DNA of 29,481 nucleotides from Candidatus Nanohaloarchaea archaeon (GTDB lineage Archaea; Nanohalarchaeota; Nanosalinia; Nanosalinales; Nanosalinaceae): NCBI GenBank assembly GCA_041640075.1, contig JBEQAY010000009.1, positions 1 through 29,481 of the forward strand, read 5' to 3'. The notes beneath the pieces were generated by a model that ran no database searches, had not been told where the DNA came from, and was given only the letters and a program-made list of their open reading frames with translations. The first letter of the stretch is position 1. The number at the start of each line of letters is the position of its first letter. Below, one piece after another: positions 16,589 through 25,916 of the stretch. The translations under genes and the position numbers were made by a program.

Positions 16589-16972
16589 TTAACCTGTTCT
16601 TTCGATTATACCACCGTTTTCCTGGTTGACTATGCATCTTTCGCTGCTACATTCAGGTTGTTTTACACCTGTCCTTCTGCTGAGGACCGAGAAAGTTTTT
16701 GAGAGGTACGGGTAGAGTTTCAGGAAGATTTTTCCTGCGATCTTTGATCTGTAAAGTTTTTCCGCAGTTCTCTGCGCGGCTCTGTCTCCGAAGTAGATTT
16801 TTTCTTCTTCAACCAGGTAAAAGGTAAATCCAGGATCTTTGAACTCTTTTTCAAGTATCTTCTGTGCTTCTTCGGAATCAAACGAGATTATTTCGAATCT
16901 AGGACTTAAGTTGACTATTCTGGCTATTGTTACGCAGTACGGGCAGCCTTCATCGTATATGACAGTGTACAT
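16589..16972 (-). CDS. DCC1-like thiol-disulfide oxidoreductase (DUF393)
   Basis: N-terminal VIYDEGCPYC motif (DxxCxxC). Confidence 0.8.
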   Translation of the reverse strand: MYTVIYDEGCPYCVTIARIVNLSPRFEIISFDSEEAQKILEKEFKDPGFTFYLVEEEKIYFGDRAAQRTAEKLYRSKIAGKIFLKLYPYLSKTFSVLSRRTGVKQPECSSERCIVNQENGGIIERTG

Positions 16973-17040
16973 ATCCACAAATTTCTGCGGGAGTGATAAA
17001 TATCAAACACATTTTAACAGTGAAAACCCAATCTCGGGTT

Positions 17041-17820
17041 ATGAAGGTGCTGGTGGCTGGAAGAGGTTTCATCGGAAAGAAAATCGTGGAGAAACTGAGA
17101 GGTGAACACGAGGTAAAGACTCTTGACAGAAGCCCTGATGCGACTTTCCAGCAGGATGTAACTGAAGAATTCAAGCTAGACGGAGAGTTCGATGTCTTGA
17201 TTCATACTATCGGGCTGGCACCAGGGATGCATTCTCCGGCAGAGTACGAGAAAGTTCACGTTGAAGGAACTGGAAACCTGCTTGAAGCCGTGAATACAGA
17301 TAAAACGGTTTTTCTCTCAGCCTTGGGAGTCGGGAAAATTGATCACAGCTTTTTCACCACCAAGAGAAAAGCCGAGAAACTGGTAGCGAAAAAATCTGAA
17401 AGATATACTATCCTGAGACCATCTACAGTCTACGGAGAAGGTAATAAGCTTCTGGAACTTATCAAGAAGGCTGCTCCGACCATGACGTTCCCGGACATCA
17501 AAACGGAAACGCAACCTATCCATATCGAGGATCTTGTCTCCGTAGTAGGGGAAAGCCTTGACGATTTCGACCAGCAGATACTGAAACTGGGCGGACCGGA
17601 AAAAATGACCGTGGGAGAGATGGCGAAAAAACTTTACAGAGAAAGAGGATTTCCCTGCATCCTGGCGCCTGCTCCTCTCTTCCTGCAGAGAACTGGTCTG
17701 AAAATACTTTCTCCTCTACCCGGACCGTTTAACAGAGAAAATATCCGGTTGCTGGAGCATCAGAACACTACCGACGTTAACGACGCCGAGAAAATTCTTG
17801 GTGAAATGAAAAAGATTTGA
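17041..17820 (+). CDS. NAD(P)-dependent epimerase/dehydratase (atypical SDR, NDUFA9-like)
   Basis: MKVLVAGRGFIG Rossmann motif, plus VHVEGT, SALG, TKRKAE, ILRPSTVYG and QPIHIED. Confidence 0.88.
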   Translation: MKVLVAGRGFIGKKIVEKLRGEHEVKTLDRSPDATFQQDVTEEFKLDGEFDVLIHTIGLAPGMHSPAEYEKVHVEGTGNLLEAVNTDKTVFLSALGVGKIDHSFFTTKRKAEKLVAKKSERYTILRPSTVYGEGNKLLELIKKAAPTMTFPDIKTETQPIHIEDLVSVVGESLDDFDQQILKLGGPEKMTVGEMAKKLYRERGFPCILAPAPLFLQRTGLKILSPLPGPFNRENIRLLEHQNTTDVNDAEKILGEMKKI

Positions 17821-17850
17821 AAAGACTTGGTTACAGAAAACTTTCTCCTG

Positions 17851-18333
17851 ATGGACACATCACATCTCGTAACCGAAGTAAACATAGAGGAAATCGATAC
17901 AGATGAAATATACGATAAAGAGGTAATTGAATCCTCCATCAACGAGATTCTCGGCGCGAACTCCTCGATCGAACAGAGCTCCGAAGACTGGATGCACAAC
18001 GTATCCGCAAAAGTAGAGGAAGCTACCGAAAACTACTTCCACTCAGCCATCAACTATATCAACGGAGAAAAAATCAGTTTAGAGAGCGAAGCCCTGGAGA
18101 TGGCAGAGACCATGCAAAGCCTGGACCAGAGCCTGGAACTTCTCAGCTTCAGAAAAGGCGTCAAGAACCAGGACTACAAGGAAAGACTTCTGGAAGTCAA
18201 GAACAGACTGGAAGAAGAGGTTATCGCACCTTTAACAGCTGAAGCACTTCAGTACGGAAATTTTACAGAAGACATACCTGACGCAGATGTTGACTACCTT
18301 CTGAGACCGGTAAAGGACAATTATGTGGATTGA
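17851..18333 (+). CDS. Acidic helical hypothetical protein
   Basis: ~160-aa ORF with genome-typical composition. Start uncertain (TTG 17827 or ATG 17851). Confidence 0.7.
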   Translation: MDTSHLVTEVNIEEIDTDEIYDKEVIESSINEILGANSSIEQSSEDWMHNVSAKVEEATENYFHSAINYINGEKISLESEALEMAETMQSLDQSLELLSFRKGVKNQDYKERLLEVKNRLEEEVIAPLTAEALQYGNFTEDIPDADVDYLLRPVKDNYVD

Positions 18334-18392
18334 CTCAGATCCAGTCAGAAAATTTGAGAAGTTTAAACCCTAATAGTTAAGGCAAGGTTCAA

Positions 18393-18465
18393 CGCCCAGG
18401 GCAGGGCTCGAACCTGCGACCGCCACGTTAACAGCGTGGCGCTCTACCTGCTGAGCTACCTGGGC
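18393..18465 (-). tRNA. tRNA-Asn(GUU)
   Basis: GCCCAGG..GCTC/GAGC..CCACG-CT-GTT-AA-CGTGG..GCAGG-TTCGAGC-CCTGC-CCTGGGC-G. Confidence 0.95.
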
Positions 18466-18543
18466 CTTATATCCAAGTTATCAGGTACAAGATTTTTTAT
18501 AATGAAATCAAAGGAGACCTCTTCCGAGGTCCTGAAGTTTTCT

Positions 18544-19674
18544 CTAGTCGAGGAACTGATCCTGTTCGATCTTCTGTGGCAGGTACTCGTTTGCCACGAA
18601 CTCCAGGCTCTGTGATGCAAGAGCCTGCTGCTCCACTCTGACACCCATGTCAAGCATCTTGTTGAGCTGTTTCTGCCACTCGTCCTTCTGCATCCATTCA
18701 TAATCCATGACGTCGTGGATACGCTTGAAGTCCTTTGTTGGACCGCCGTTGTCCTTGGCTTTTCCTTTCAGATCCTCTGTGACATGGTGGAGGTCGTAGG
18801 CCTCGATGTCCTCCATTGTCATCCCGATGAGCTTGGCGCTTGGTGTTGCCAGTCTATCGGACTGGAATGCAAGAGACATGGATCCGGATTTGAGCACGGA
18901 GTAGATGTAGTATCCCCATGGGTCGCCGTCAGTGAAGACGTAGACAGGCAAGTCTAGACGGTTGTGCATGATGTTAATGAGCCTTCGTGCTCCTCTTGCT
19001 GGCTGTCCGCCTGTTCCGATCAGGATTGCGTTGTGTTCCTTGTGGAAGTCCTCCTCCACAAGTCTGTTAACCATAGCACTTGTCTCGACGACCATGATGA
19101 AGTCTGCCGAGTGTTCCTCGAACTCGTAGTGATCAACGATAGATGGTATTGCGAGTCCTGAGGTTCCCATGGACATGCAGTCGATGCTGTCACCGGAGTC
19201 GTTGATTGTAATCGGTCCGAAGAGACGTCCTTTCGGCTCTGCGAACAGGTGAAGGTCTTCTCGGATCGCTCCTGTAGCCGTCTCAATGTCGACAACTACG
19301 TTGTTGGATTCATCCTGATCCTCGAACGTGTTCTCGTCGAGACCTGGAACCGAGTGCTTCAGCTGGTAGTAAACCTCTCGAATGGAGGCTGTTCTGCCGT
19401 TTTCGACCAGTTCCTTCGCCTTGTTCGCCACCAGTGTCGTCTGCATGAACTTCCTGGCGTGGCTGATGTTCAGGAACTTTCTCGTGGAGTAAGAATCTCC
19501 AAGTGAAAGCCTTCCTTCTTCTTCATCGTATTCAACATTGGACTTGGATCTGACCTGTGTCTCGATCGTCAGGTTATCGTTTTCCGCATCTTCAAGCTGG
19601 TTTCTAAGTTTCTTTCCCAAACGCGTCAAGCGGTCCAGGGTTGATTCATCATTTGCTAGATCTTTCTTTGGCAT
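18544..19674 (-). CDS. top6A: DNA topoisomerase VI subunit A
   Basis: SIREVYY (catalytic Tyr), TFEDQDES, Toprim VVE, GGQP and FTDGDPWG..IY motifs. Confidence 0.96.
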   Translation of the reverse strand: MPKKDLANDESTLDRLTRLGKKLRNQLEDAENDNLTIETQVRSKSNVEYDEEEGRLSLGDSYSTRKFLNISHARKFMQTTLVANKAKELVENGRTASIREVYYQLKHSVPGLDENTFEDQDESNNVVVDIETATGAIREDLHLFAEPKGRLFGPITINDSGDSIDCMSMGTSGLAIPSIVDHYEFEEHSADFIMVVETSAMVNRLVEEDFHKEHNAILIGTGGQPARGARRLINIMHNRLDLPVYVFTDGDPWGYYIYSVLKSGSMSLAFQSDRLATPSAKLIGMTMEDIEAYDLHHVTEDLKGKAKDNGGPTKDFKRIHDVMDYEWMQKDEWQKQLNKMLDMGVRVEQQALASQSLEFVANEYLPQKIEQDQFLD

Positions 19675-19719
19675 TTACCTATCACCTTCTGTGATCGTGT
19701 AATTGAGAAAATGTTTCAT
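19675..19719 (-). CDS. Putative 14-aa mini-ORF (MKHFLNYTITEGDR) bridging top6B and top6A
   Basis: SD AAGGTGA (19729-19735) lies 9 nt upstream of the ATG. The TAA stop directly abuts the top6A ATG. Confidence 0.4.
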   Translation of the reverse strand: MKHFLNYTITEGDR

Positions 19720-19733
19720 TTTCGATTTTCACC

Positions 19734-21326
19734 TTAAAGCTGTTCAGGATTGTAGTCTTCCTGAACCATTTTCTGTATCTGATTTTCAATCTCTTCAGGG
19801 TCTCCTTCGCCGGCAAGCTCTGCGATTGCTGGCCCCATCTCCTGTGCATAGCTCGTGAGCTGTCTTCTCTTCTTCTCCTGAATTTCTTTTCTCTCCTTCC
19901 TCTTCAGGTATTTTCCAAGCTTCCTACCTGCTTCCTGAAGGGCCAGTTTCATTTCCTTCCGGATAGGATCGTAGTTCGCAACTGCTTCCTTACCTTCAGA
20001 TGTGAAAGGTACCCATACAGATGCGATATGGATGGAGATGTAGAGAGGTCCCTGAGGACGGTTTCCTGTCTGCGAAATGTTGTAACGGTTCCAGGAAACA
20101 TTTTCAATAGCCTTTGTCGTTACACAGGCCGATTTCTTGTAAAGTAGAGGCACTTTATTCGCGTATCTCAGCTCTTCGAAGCTTCCCTCGTCTTCGATGT
20201 CTCCCCCCCAGGCCAGTCCAACTTCCACCTGGAACGGGTTGCCCTGGTAGACAGTTGGTTTACGTGTGACTGCTGTAGAGTATTCCGGGTTCAGCTCTTT
20301 CTTGAGTCCTTTAAGCATCAGATCTTCTCCCAGAGGGGATAGACAGTCTGTTGGAGGGCTCTGAAGGTCTACTTCCTGAGCTGCGTTAAGTAGCTGTTCT
20401 GATTCATCCTTGCTTAGAGTGTTCGGTCTTCTTCCTGTATCGATACCGGCTTCCTCACATATTTTATCCGCTGATGTCCTTCCAACTCTCGTGAATTCGT
20501 TTTGCAGGAAGCTGGAGATGGTACGTGCATCGCTGTTGTCGATCATCCTCAGCATTACTCCTAGCTGGACTCCGTGAGGGTGTGGCTTGATCTCCTTCGG
20601 TCTCTCCGGCAGTTCCTTGGAAACCCGTGGGTACTCGATCTTGTTCCCGTCAGGTTCTCTTAGTACTATTCTTGCGTACGGGTTCATGATGGCCGTGTGC
20701 TTCAGGTAGTTCCTTACTGAGTGATGGCCTCTCGTGTACTTGGCCTCGATATCCATCTCGATCGTGGTTCCGTGGTCAAAGTAGTAATCCTTGTCGCCAG
20801 GGAACTCGTCGCCTTCAGGATCAATGATCTCGTCCTCCATGATTTCAGGTTCGTTCTTTTCTGTGTCGATCCTGATAACGAACTTGTGGCATGGCTCCCC
20901 TTCCTGCTTAGAGTAAACTGTTACCGGCTCTCCGGTCGTCAGCTGAGCGTACATCGCAGAAGCGGAGATACCAATTCCCTGCTGTCCACGGCTCTGCTGC
21001 AGCTTGTGGAACTTTGAACCGTAAAGTAGTTTTCCGAATACTTTTGGTATGTTTTCACGTGAAAGTCCTATAGCGTTGTCTCTTATCTCTACTCGGGCTT
21101 TTTCGTCGCCTTTATCGTCGATCAGGACCTGTATTTCAGGCAAGATGTCTTCTTCCTCGCACGCATCCAGCGAGTTATCTACTGCCTCTTTAATTACTGT
21201 TATTATTGATTTTTGCGGGTTCTCGAATCCTAGTAGGTGCTTGTTTTTCTCGAAGAACTCTGCTACCGATATTTCGCGGTGGTCAGTTTCTTCTTGTACT
21301 GGTTCTTCTTCAATTCCATTTGGCAT
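19734..21326 (-). CDS. top6B: DNA topoisomerase VI subunit B
   Basis: EISVAEFFEKN, KEAVDNSLDACEE and FGKLLYGSKFH..QSRGQQGIGIS (GHKL ATPase), plus RYANKVPLL and VPFTSEGKEA. ATG follows SD GAGGT. Confidence 0.97.
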   Translation of the reverse strand: MPNGIEEEPVQEETDHREISVAEFFEKNKHLLGFENPQKSIITVIKEAVDNSLDACEEEDILPEIQVLIDDKGDEKARVEIRDNAIGLSRENIPKVFGKLLYGSKFHKLQQSRGQQGIGISASAMYAQLTTGEPVTVYSKQEGEPCHKFVIRIDTEKNEPEIMEDEIIDPEGDEFPGDKDYYFDHGTTIEMDIEAKYTRGHHSVRNYLKHTAIMNPYARIVLREPDGNKIEYPRVSKELPERPKEIKPHPHGVQLGVMLRMIDNSDARTISSFLQNEFTRVGRTSADKICEEAGIDTGRRPNTLSKDESEQLLNAAQEVDLQSPPTDCLSPLGEDLMLKGLKKELNPEYSTAVTRKPTVYQGNPFQVEVGLAWGGDIEDEGSFEELRYANKVPLLYKKSACVTTKAIENVSWNRYNISQTGNRPQGPLYISIHIASVWVPFTSEGKEAVANYDPIRKEMKLALQEAGRKLGKYLKRKERKEIQEKKRRQLTSYAQEMGPAIAELAGEGDPEEIENQIQKMVQEDYNPEQL

Positions 21327-21333
21327 AGTATCT

Positions 21334-21837
21334 TTACCTCTCAATCTTCATCTGGTTCTTTTCCAGGTAGTTATATGCAGTTGAATGGGTGGAGCCTTTT
21401 AACAGCATCGTGATTGCTTCCTGAGCCACTTCGATGTTAATCCCTTTACCTATAAGGCTTATTGTGCCGCCGTAGATGCTTAACTCAGTCTGTGTTTCTT
21501 TTTCTATATGTCTTCTTGCTTCTCCGTCTCTTCCTATTACTCTTCCCTTCAGTCTTTCCCTGTCGTTGCTTGTATCAGCGTATCTGTCGATATCTATGAC
21601 GTAGAGCATTTTTCCCTCTTCTATAAGCTGGAAGGCTCTTTCCGGACTGAACCCTCTTCCTATCGCTTTAACGATTTCCTGTGCCTTCATCTCGTCAAGT
21701 ACCTCTCCTTCGACCTGTACAAGGTTGTCCTTGATGGTTACTGTGCAGTCTGTAAGGTCTTCGAACTCTTCCTTGGTGCTACCGTCTTCTCCTATAACGA
21801 CACCAACTCGTTCTTCAGGTATTCTAACTTCTTTCAT
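21334..21837 (-). CDS. KH-domain pre-rRNA processing protein (Dim2/Pno1/Krr1 family)
   Basis: RVGVVIGEDG, KAIGRGFSPE, KGRVIGRDG and GSTHSTAY motifs. Conserved position between rio1 and top6B. Confidence 0.92.
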   Translation of the reverse strand: MKEVRIPEERVGVVIGEDGSTKEEFEDLTDCTVTIKDNLVQVEGEVLDEMKAQEIVKAIGRGFSPERAFQLIEEGKMLYVIDIDRYADTSNDRERLKGRVIGRDGEARRHIEKETQTELSIYGGTISLIGKGINIEVAQEAITMLLKGSTHSTAYNYLEKNQMKIER

Positions 21838-21875
21838 CAGTAGAGGCTCTAATTAAAATGGGTTTGCCAACCTTT

Positions 21876-22670
21876 TTATAGGTTAAATCCGGCTTCCGAC
21901 GCCTCTTCCTCCGAAATTATCGACTTCAAGGCTTTCTCAGGATCACGATCAGCACCCTGTTCATCGAAGAACTCGACCACATTCTCAACATCCCTCTTCA
22001 AAAGATGCTTCGCCTCAGGATGGGTCCTGTGAACACCCTGCGAGAAATCTATCCACACAAGCTCTCCCTCATCCGTCACTAAAACATTGTACTCCGAAAG
22101 ATCACCGTGAACCAGCTCTTCATCCTCCCAGAGCTCCCTGATCTCCCTCAAAGTCTTTTTCAGAGCCGTATCCGGATTCTCTATCTCCACATCCTTCAAC
22201 TTGGGGAATGGAGAGAAATCACGACCTATAAACTCCATTACCAGTATATTTTTCTGAAAAGCGATAGCTTCTGGACATTCAACCACGTTTGAAGCTTTTT
22301 TCAGGTTCTTGTACTCTTTTTTACACCATTCATTGATTATAGATCTTCTATCGCTCTTGAAGTTGCGGAAACGCCGGTCACCACGCAAGTACTGTTCCAT
22401 GTCCCGGAACCCTCCTGCTTGGTTCATGTAGATCTTCACTAATACACGTTCACCTTCAGGAGTGTCTGCAAGGAAGACGAGAGACTCCTTGCCGGACTCT
22501 ACCGTGCCGTATATTAGATCAAGAACTTGACGCTCCTGCAGCTTGATCAAGGACATCAAAGTATCGTGATCAAGCACGTTCTCAAAGGCTTTCCTTGCCT
22601 CTGAAGAATCAAACATCCTTCGGGCCTTCTGTTTCTCACGGTCATGACGATAGATATCATCTTCAGACAT
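21876..22670 (-). CDS. rio1: RIO1 family serine/threonine kinase
   Basis: SGKESLVF, VKIY, WCKKEYKNL, LVMEFIG, LVHGDLSEYNVL and IDFSQGV motifs. ATG at 22670 follows a GGTGA SD. Confidence 0.94.
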   Translation of the reverse strand: MSEDDIYRHDREKQKARRMFDSSEARKAFENVLDHDTLMSLIKLQERQVLDLIYGTVESGKESLVFLADTPEGERVLVKIYMNQAGGFRDMEQYLRGDRRFRNFKSDRRSIINEWCKKEYKNLKKASNVVECPEAIAFQKNILVMEFIGRDFSPFPKLKDVEIENPDTALKKTLREIRELWEDEELVHGDLSEYNVLVTDEGELVWIDFSQGVHRTHPEAKHLLKRDVENVVEFFDEQGADRDPEKALKSIISEEEASEAGFNL

Positions 22671-22671
22671 T

Positions 22672-23112
22672 TCATTCACCATACTTCCGATAGGTATATG
22701 CAGATAGAACTCCTGCAGCAACTGCCAAAATCCAGAAATACCAGCTCTGAAGCGGATTTGAAAGAAGTAGTGTGATCCAGTTCTCAAGGAATCCTCTGCA
22801 TACCTGTTCGGTTGATAATGCGTTAGTAAGTTGAGAGTTTGTTTCTGCAGCAGCTCGTGCAGTTTTACACAGGTTATCCAGAAAGAGTACTTTACCTGTA
22901 GCCGCTAAAGCAAAACTAGATACTGTAAAACCTGCAGCACCTGAAGCAAGTTCTTTTAGTGAAAATTCACCGGTTTCAAGTAGATAGTATGCTGATGCTG
23001 CGAGCCCAACTAATAATGCTCCGCCTAGTGAGAAGTTAAAGAGCAGTGCCAAAGCCTGTGATGTAGAAAGTAAAATTACAATTTGAAGTATTTTTCTCCA
23101 GGCTTTTTTCAT
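22672..23112 (-). CDS. Hypothetical membrane protein (~4 TM)
   Basis: Hydrophobic helices. Tightly packed between aIF-1A and rio1. Confidence 0.75.
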   Translation of the reverse strand: MKKAWRKILQIVILLSTSQALALLFNFSLGGALLVGLAASAYYLLETGEFSLKELASGAAGFTVSSFALAATGKVLFLDNLCKTARAAAETNSQLTNALSTEQVCRGFLENWITLLLSNPLQSWYFWILAVAAGVLSAYTYRKYGE

Positions 23113-23116
23113 AGTT

Positions 23117-23428
23117 TTAGAGGAATTCCTTTACGTTGTCAAGGTAATCTCGGTCTTCCAGCCAGCGTGTTTCGGCGTTTGAGTAACTGTGTACAATATC
23201 TCCTTTTTCGTCGCCCTGAATTTTCCATGGCTCGATAAGGACTAGAGAGTCTCTCTTCACGAAAAGTCCACGCTTCTTGCTTCCCGGTATCCGGCAGATT
23301 CTTTCGTTCTCGTCTGTACAGTAAACCCTGTACTTTCCTCCTCCTTCTTTCCTGAGGACTACTCCAAGTACTTCCTTCCCTTCAGGTTCACGTACACGTC
23401 CTACTCCCTCTTCCTCATCTTCTGGCAT
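23117..23428 (-). CDS. eif1a: Translation initiation factor aIF-1A
   Basis: EVLGVV...GGG..RVYC.D...RICRIPG...LVLIEPW..Q.DEKGDIV OB-fold signature. Confidence 0.94.
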   Translation of the reverse strand: MPEDEEEGVGRVREPEGKEVLGVVLRKEGGGKYRVYCTDENERICRIPGSKKRGLFVKRDSLVLIEPWKIQGDEKGDIVHSYSNAETRWLEDRDYLDNVKEFL

Positions 23429-23512
23429 ACAAACCTGTTCCCGAGCAAGTTTTTTAAATTCGTTTTAACCTGTAAAGGAAGAAAACTTAACTCTAAGAAG
23501 AAAAAGTTTTAC

Positions 23513-23875
23513 GTGCCAAGGGAAATCAAGCGGGAACTTGAAGAAGTCCCTGAAGACGTTAAAGCACTTTTTCAGACTGTTCAGGTCTCCGAACCTGTTG
23601 AAAACTTACATGATGGGGATTACGTTGCAATCTACGATGAGGAAGAAAGGACAGGAGGACGAAACGAGCTCAGGTGGATGAGGATAGGCAAGTATGACGA
23701 AGTAACTGAACAGGTTCTGGTGGAGTACCTGTTGAGATATGATACTTCTTCAGAGAAACTTAGTGCAGAGATGAATTTTTCAGGCATGGAGGGAAATTTC
23801 AGGGACGGAGATCTAATGCATATTCCCGACAATCTCTATGAATCAGCCAGGAACTCGCTCTATGAAATACTCTAA
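23513..23875 (+). CDS. Hypothetical protein (120 aa)
   Basis: Acidic ORF with a GTG start ~25 nt after TATA-like TTAA. Convergent 4-nt overlap with nmd3. Confidence 0.65.
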   Translation: MPREIKRELEEVPEDVKALFQTVQVSEPVENLHDGDYVAIYDEEERTGGRNELRWMRIGKYDEVTEQVLVEYLLRYDTSSEKLSAEMNFSGMEGNFRDGDLMHIPDNLYESARNSLYEIL

Positions 23876-24555
23876 TCCATCCTGACCGAGACAACATTCC
23901 TGTAGACTTCCTCACCGTTTTCCTCACCGATAAGCTCGTAGCTTCTCTTGACCTCCGGCTCGTACTTGTCCCTCAACATCGAGAGAATCTTTTTGGTAAT
24001 TCTTTCTGTAGAGAGGTAGAAGTCAAAGCCGTGATCGGTTTCATTGATGTTAGAGAGGAAATCCTTCCGGGTCTCGTTGGTGGCTTCTGCCGCAACGTCG
24101 ACTATCTCATTTGAAATCGGCTCAAGATCTCTTTCTCCTCTAAGCTGTAACTTAACCTTGTAAAAACCTCCATTGAACTTTGAACAGTCCTGGCACTGGT
24201 CCTCTTCGAAGTCAACTCTTGTATCATACTCATCCTTTATTTCGCCCTTGAAGGCATGGACTCTGACGTTTATCTGCTCTTCCTCGTCCTCCCAGAACTG
24301 CAGTTCCATCTCTACTTCATCCTCGGCAAAGTCTGCAAACTTCGCACCCAGCTGCTCCTGTATAGAGTACTCCTCTATCCATTCCCCGGATTTACGCATC
24401 CGACCGCAGACCCCGCAAACCGTGATATCGACGACCGGAGGAATATCCAGTAAATCGTTTTTTCTAGGGTAGCAGTTGGCGCAGAGCTTCTTCTCATCGC
24501 CGTACAGCTCCTCCGTCTCCTTGCCGCACATTGGGCAGAATTTTGAAAACTCCAT
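23872..24555 (-). CDS. nmd3: NMD3 family ribosome biogenesis protein
   Basis: FCPMCG..LCANC..VCGVCG..QCQDCS..GGFY..KLQLRG zinc-knuckle pattern and GFDFYL. Confidence 0.9.
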   Translation of the reverse strand: MEFSKFCPMCGKETEELYGDEKKLCANCYPRKNDLLDIPPVVDITVCGVCGRMRKSGEWIEEYSIQEQLGAKFADFAEDEVEMELQFWEDEEEQINVRVHAFKGEIKDEYDTRVDFEEDQCQDCSKFNGGFYKVKLQLRGERDLEPISNEIVDVAAEATNETRKDFLSNINETDHGFDFYLSTERITKKILSMLRDKYEPEVKRSYELIGEENGEEVYRNVVSVRMD

Positions 24556-24584
24556 GAACTGAAATAAGGCCGCAAAACTTTTAT

Positions 24585-24929
24585 CTATAGACTGAAATCA
24601 AGCCTGTCGCCCTCTTGAAGCCCCAAGTCCTCGAAAGACTCCAGCAAAAACTTTGAATCCTGCTCTGGCCGGTAAATACTCCAGGTCCTCGGATCAAAAG
24701 TCCACGGCTCCGCATACTGCACATCAACAACCTCCTTCTCCTCGTTCAGGAAATACATATGCAGAGGTTCCGGCACAAGCATCATGTCGATCGCAGGACG
24801 TCTTAGACGGGAGAAAACAAACAGCATCTTGCCCGAACTTCGCCGTGAAAGACCCCAAGACTTGCTTAACAAAGTATCAGCAAGTTCAGCCTCCACCTTC
24901 TTAGAGTCATCTAGATTGATTTCAGTCAA
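24585..24929 (-). CDS. DUF192 family protein
   Basis: ELADT...GL...GKMLFVF...IDMMLV..PL..YFL...VV...LLE...GL..GD pattern. Confidence 0.82.
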   Translation of the reverse strand: MTEINLDDSKKVEAELADTLLSKSWGLSRRSSGKMLFVFSRLRRPAIDMMLVPEPLHMYFLNEEKEVVDVQYAEPWTFDPRTWSIYRPEQDSKFLLESFEDLGLQEGDRLDFSL

Positions 24930-24930
24930 C

Positions 24931-25359
24931 CTATCTCTCCCTCTCAACAGCCAGAACAGGCTTTCTACAATCTCTTATCACTTCCTCAGTTACACTTCCC
25001 TCTAACACTCTTGATATCCCAGTACGGGCATGTGTCCCCATGACTATCAGATCTATACCTCTGCTCTCAGCATATTCAACTATCTCCTCTGCAGGATCGC
25101 CATGTACAACATCAGCCTCTGTTTCAACACCGTAACGGCTGGCCTGCTGCTCAACACTCTTGACAGCAGCTTTTTCCCCAGGAGACTTCTCACCCATATA
25201 TACCGCAGTATCCCCCACTTCCTCCTCATTGTCTGAAACATAGAGAATGTGCAGAACAGAATCAAACTGTTGAGCCTGAACTAGTGCATGATTCAGAGAG
25301 TTCTGAATACCATTCTCACTGCCATCTGTCGGCAACAGTATGCGATTATAAGCAGACAT
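24931..25359 (-). CDS. uspA: Universal stress protein (UspA family)
   Basis: YNRILLPTDGS, GDPAEEIVEYA, DLIVMGTHARTG and GSVTEEVIR..PVL motifs. Confidence 0.93.
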   Translation of the reverse strand: MSAYNRILLPTDGSENGIQNSLNHALVQAQQFDSVLHILYVSDNEEEVGDTAVYMGEKSPGEKAAVKSVEQQASRYGVETEADVVHGDPAEEIVEYAESRGIDLIVMGTHARTGISRVLEGSVTEEVIRDCRKPVLAVERER

Positions 25360-25429
25360 AATCAGAAATAACCTACTCTCCAATAAATAATTGACTCAAA
25401 AAGTCGAAAAATATTCTAAAATAGCTGGA

Positions 25430-25501
25430 CGCCCGCACAGGGATTTGAACCCTGGATCTGCACCTCCGCAAGGTGCCGTCTTTCCACTAGACCATGCGGG
25501 C
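25430..25501 (-). tRNA. tRNA-Arg(GCG)
   Basis: GCCCGCA-TG-GTCT-AGTGGAA-AGAC-G-GCACC-TT-GCG-GA-GGTGC..CAGGG-TTCAAAT-CCCTG-TGCGGGC-G. Confidence 0.92.
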
Positions 25502-25610
25502 ATCTCTGTTTCTCGAGTTATTTGCTTGTTATTTTAAATGGAGCGGTTCAGGAGGACTCTTGTTTTAAAGATTCTCTGTAAAGTGGTTTTCTATAAGGTG
25601 AAAAATTAGA

Positions 25611-25865
25611 ATGGGAAAAATCTCATGTGTTTACAAGGTCATGCCAGAGGATGCTGAAACCGATCTAGAAGAAATCAAAAACCAGATCAGAGACGTCATA
25701 GACGTTGAGGACATCGGGGAAGAGGAAGTTGCTTTCGGTTTAAAGGCTGTGAAGGTTTCCACCATCACCACAGATGAAGAAGGAGGAACTGACACTGTCG
25801 AGGAAAAGCTGGAGAAAGTTGAAAACGTGCAGAGCATCGAGTTAGAGCATTTCGACAAGCTCTAA
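25611..25865 (+). CDS. ef1b: Translation elongation factor aEF-1beta
   Basis: KVMPED..DLEE, EEVAFGLKA and EGGTD.VEE.L..VENVQS motifs. SD AAGGTGA. Confidence 0.94.
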   Translation: MGKISCVYKVMPEDAETDLEEIKNQIRDVIDVEDIGEEEVAFGLKAVKVSTITTDEEGGTDTVEEKLEKVENVQSIELEHFDKL

Positions 25866-25916
25866 CCCAATTTTTTAAAGAGTGGACTCCTATCATTTGA
25901 TACAGGTGTGATATAA

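Noticed and set aside
25537..25608. Short ORF MERFRRTLVLKILCKVVFYKVKN upstream of ef1b
   Set aside because: It runs across the promoter and SD of ef1b, has atypical composition and lacks the CxxC motifs of the Zn-ribbon gene often found at this position.
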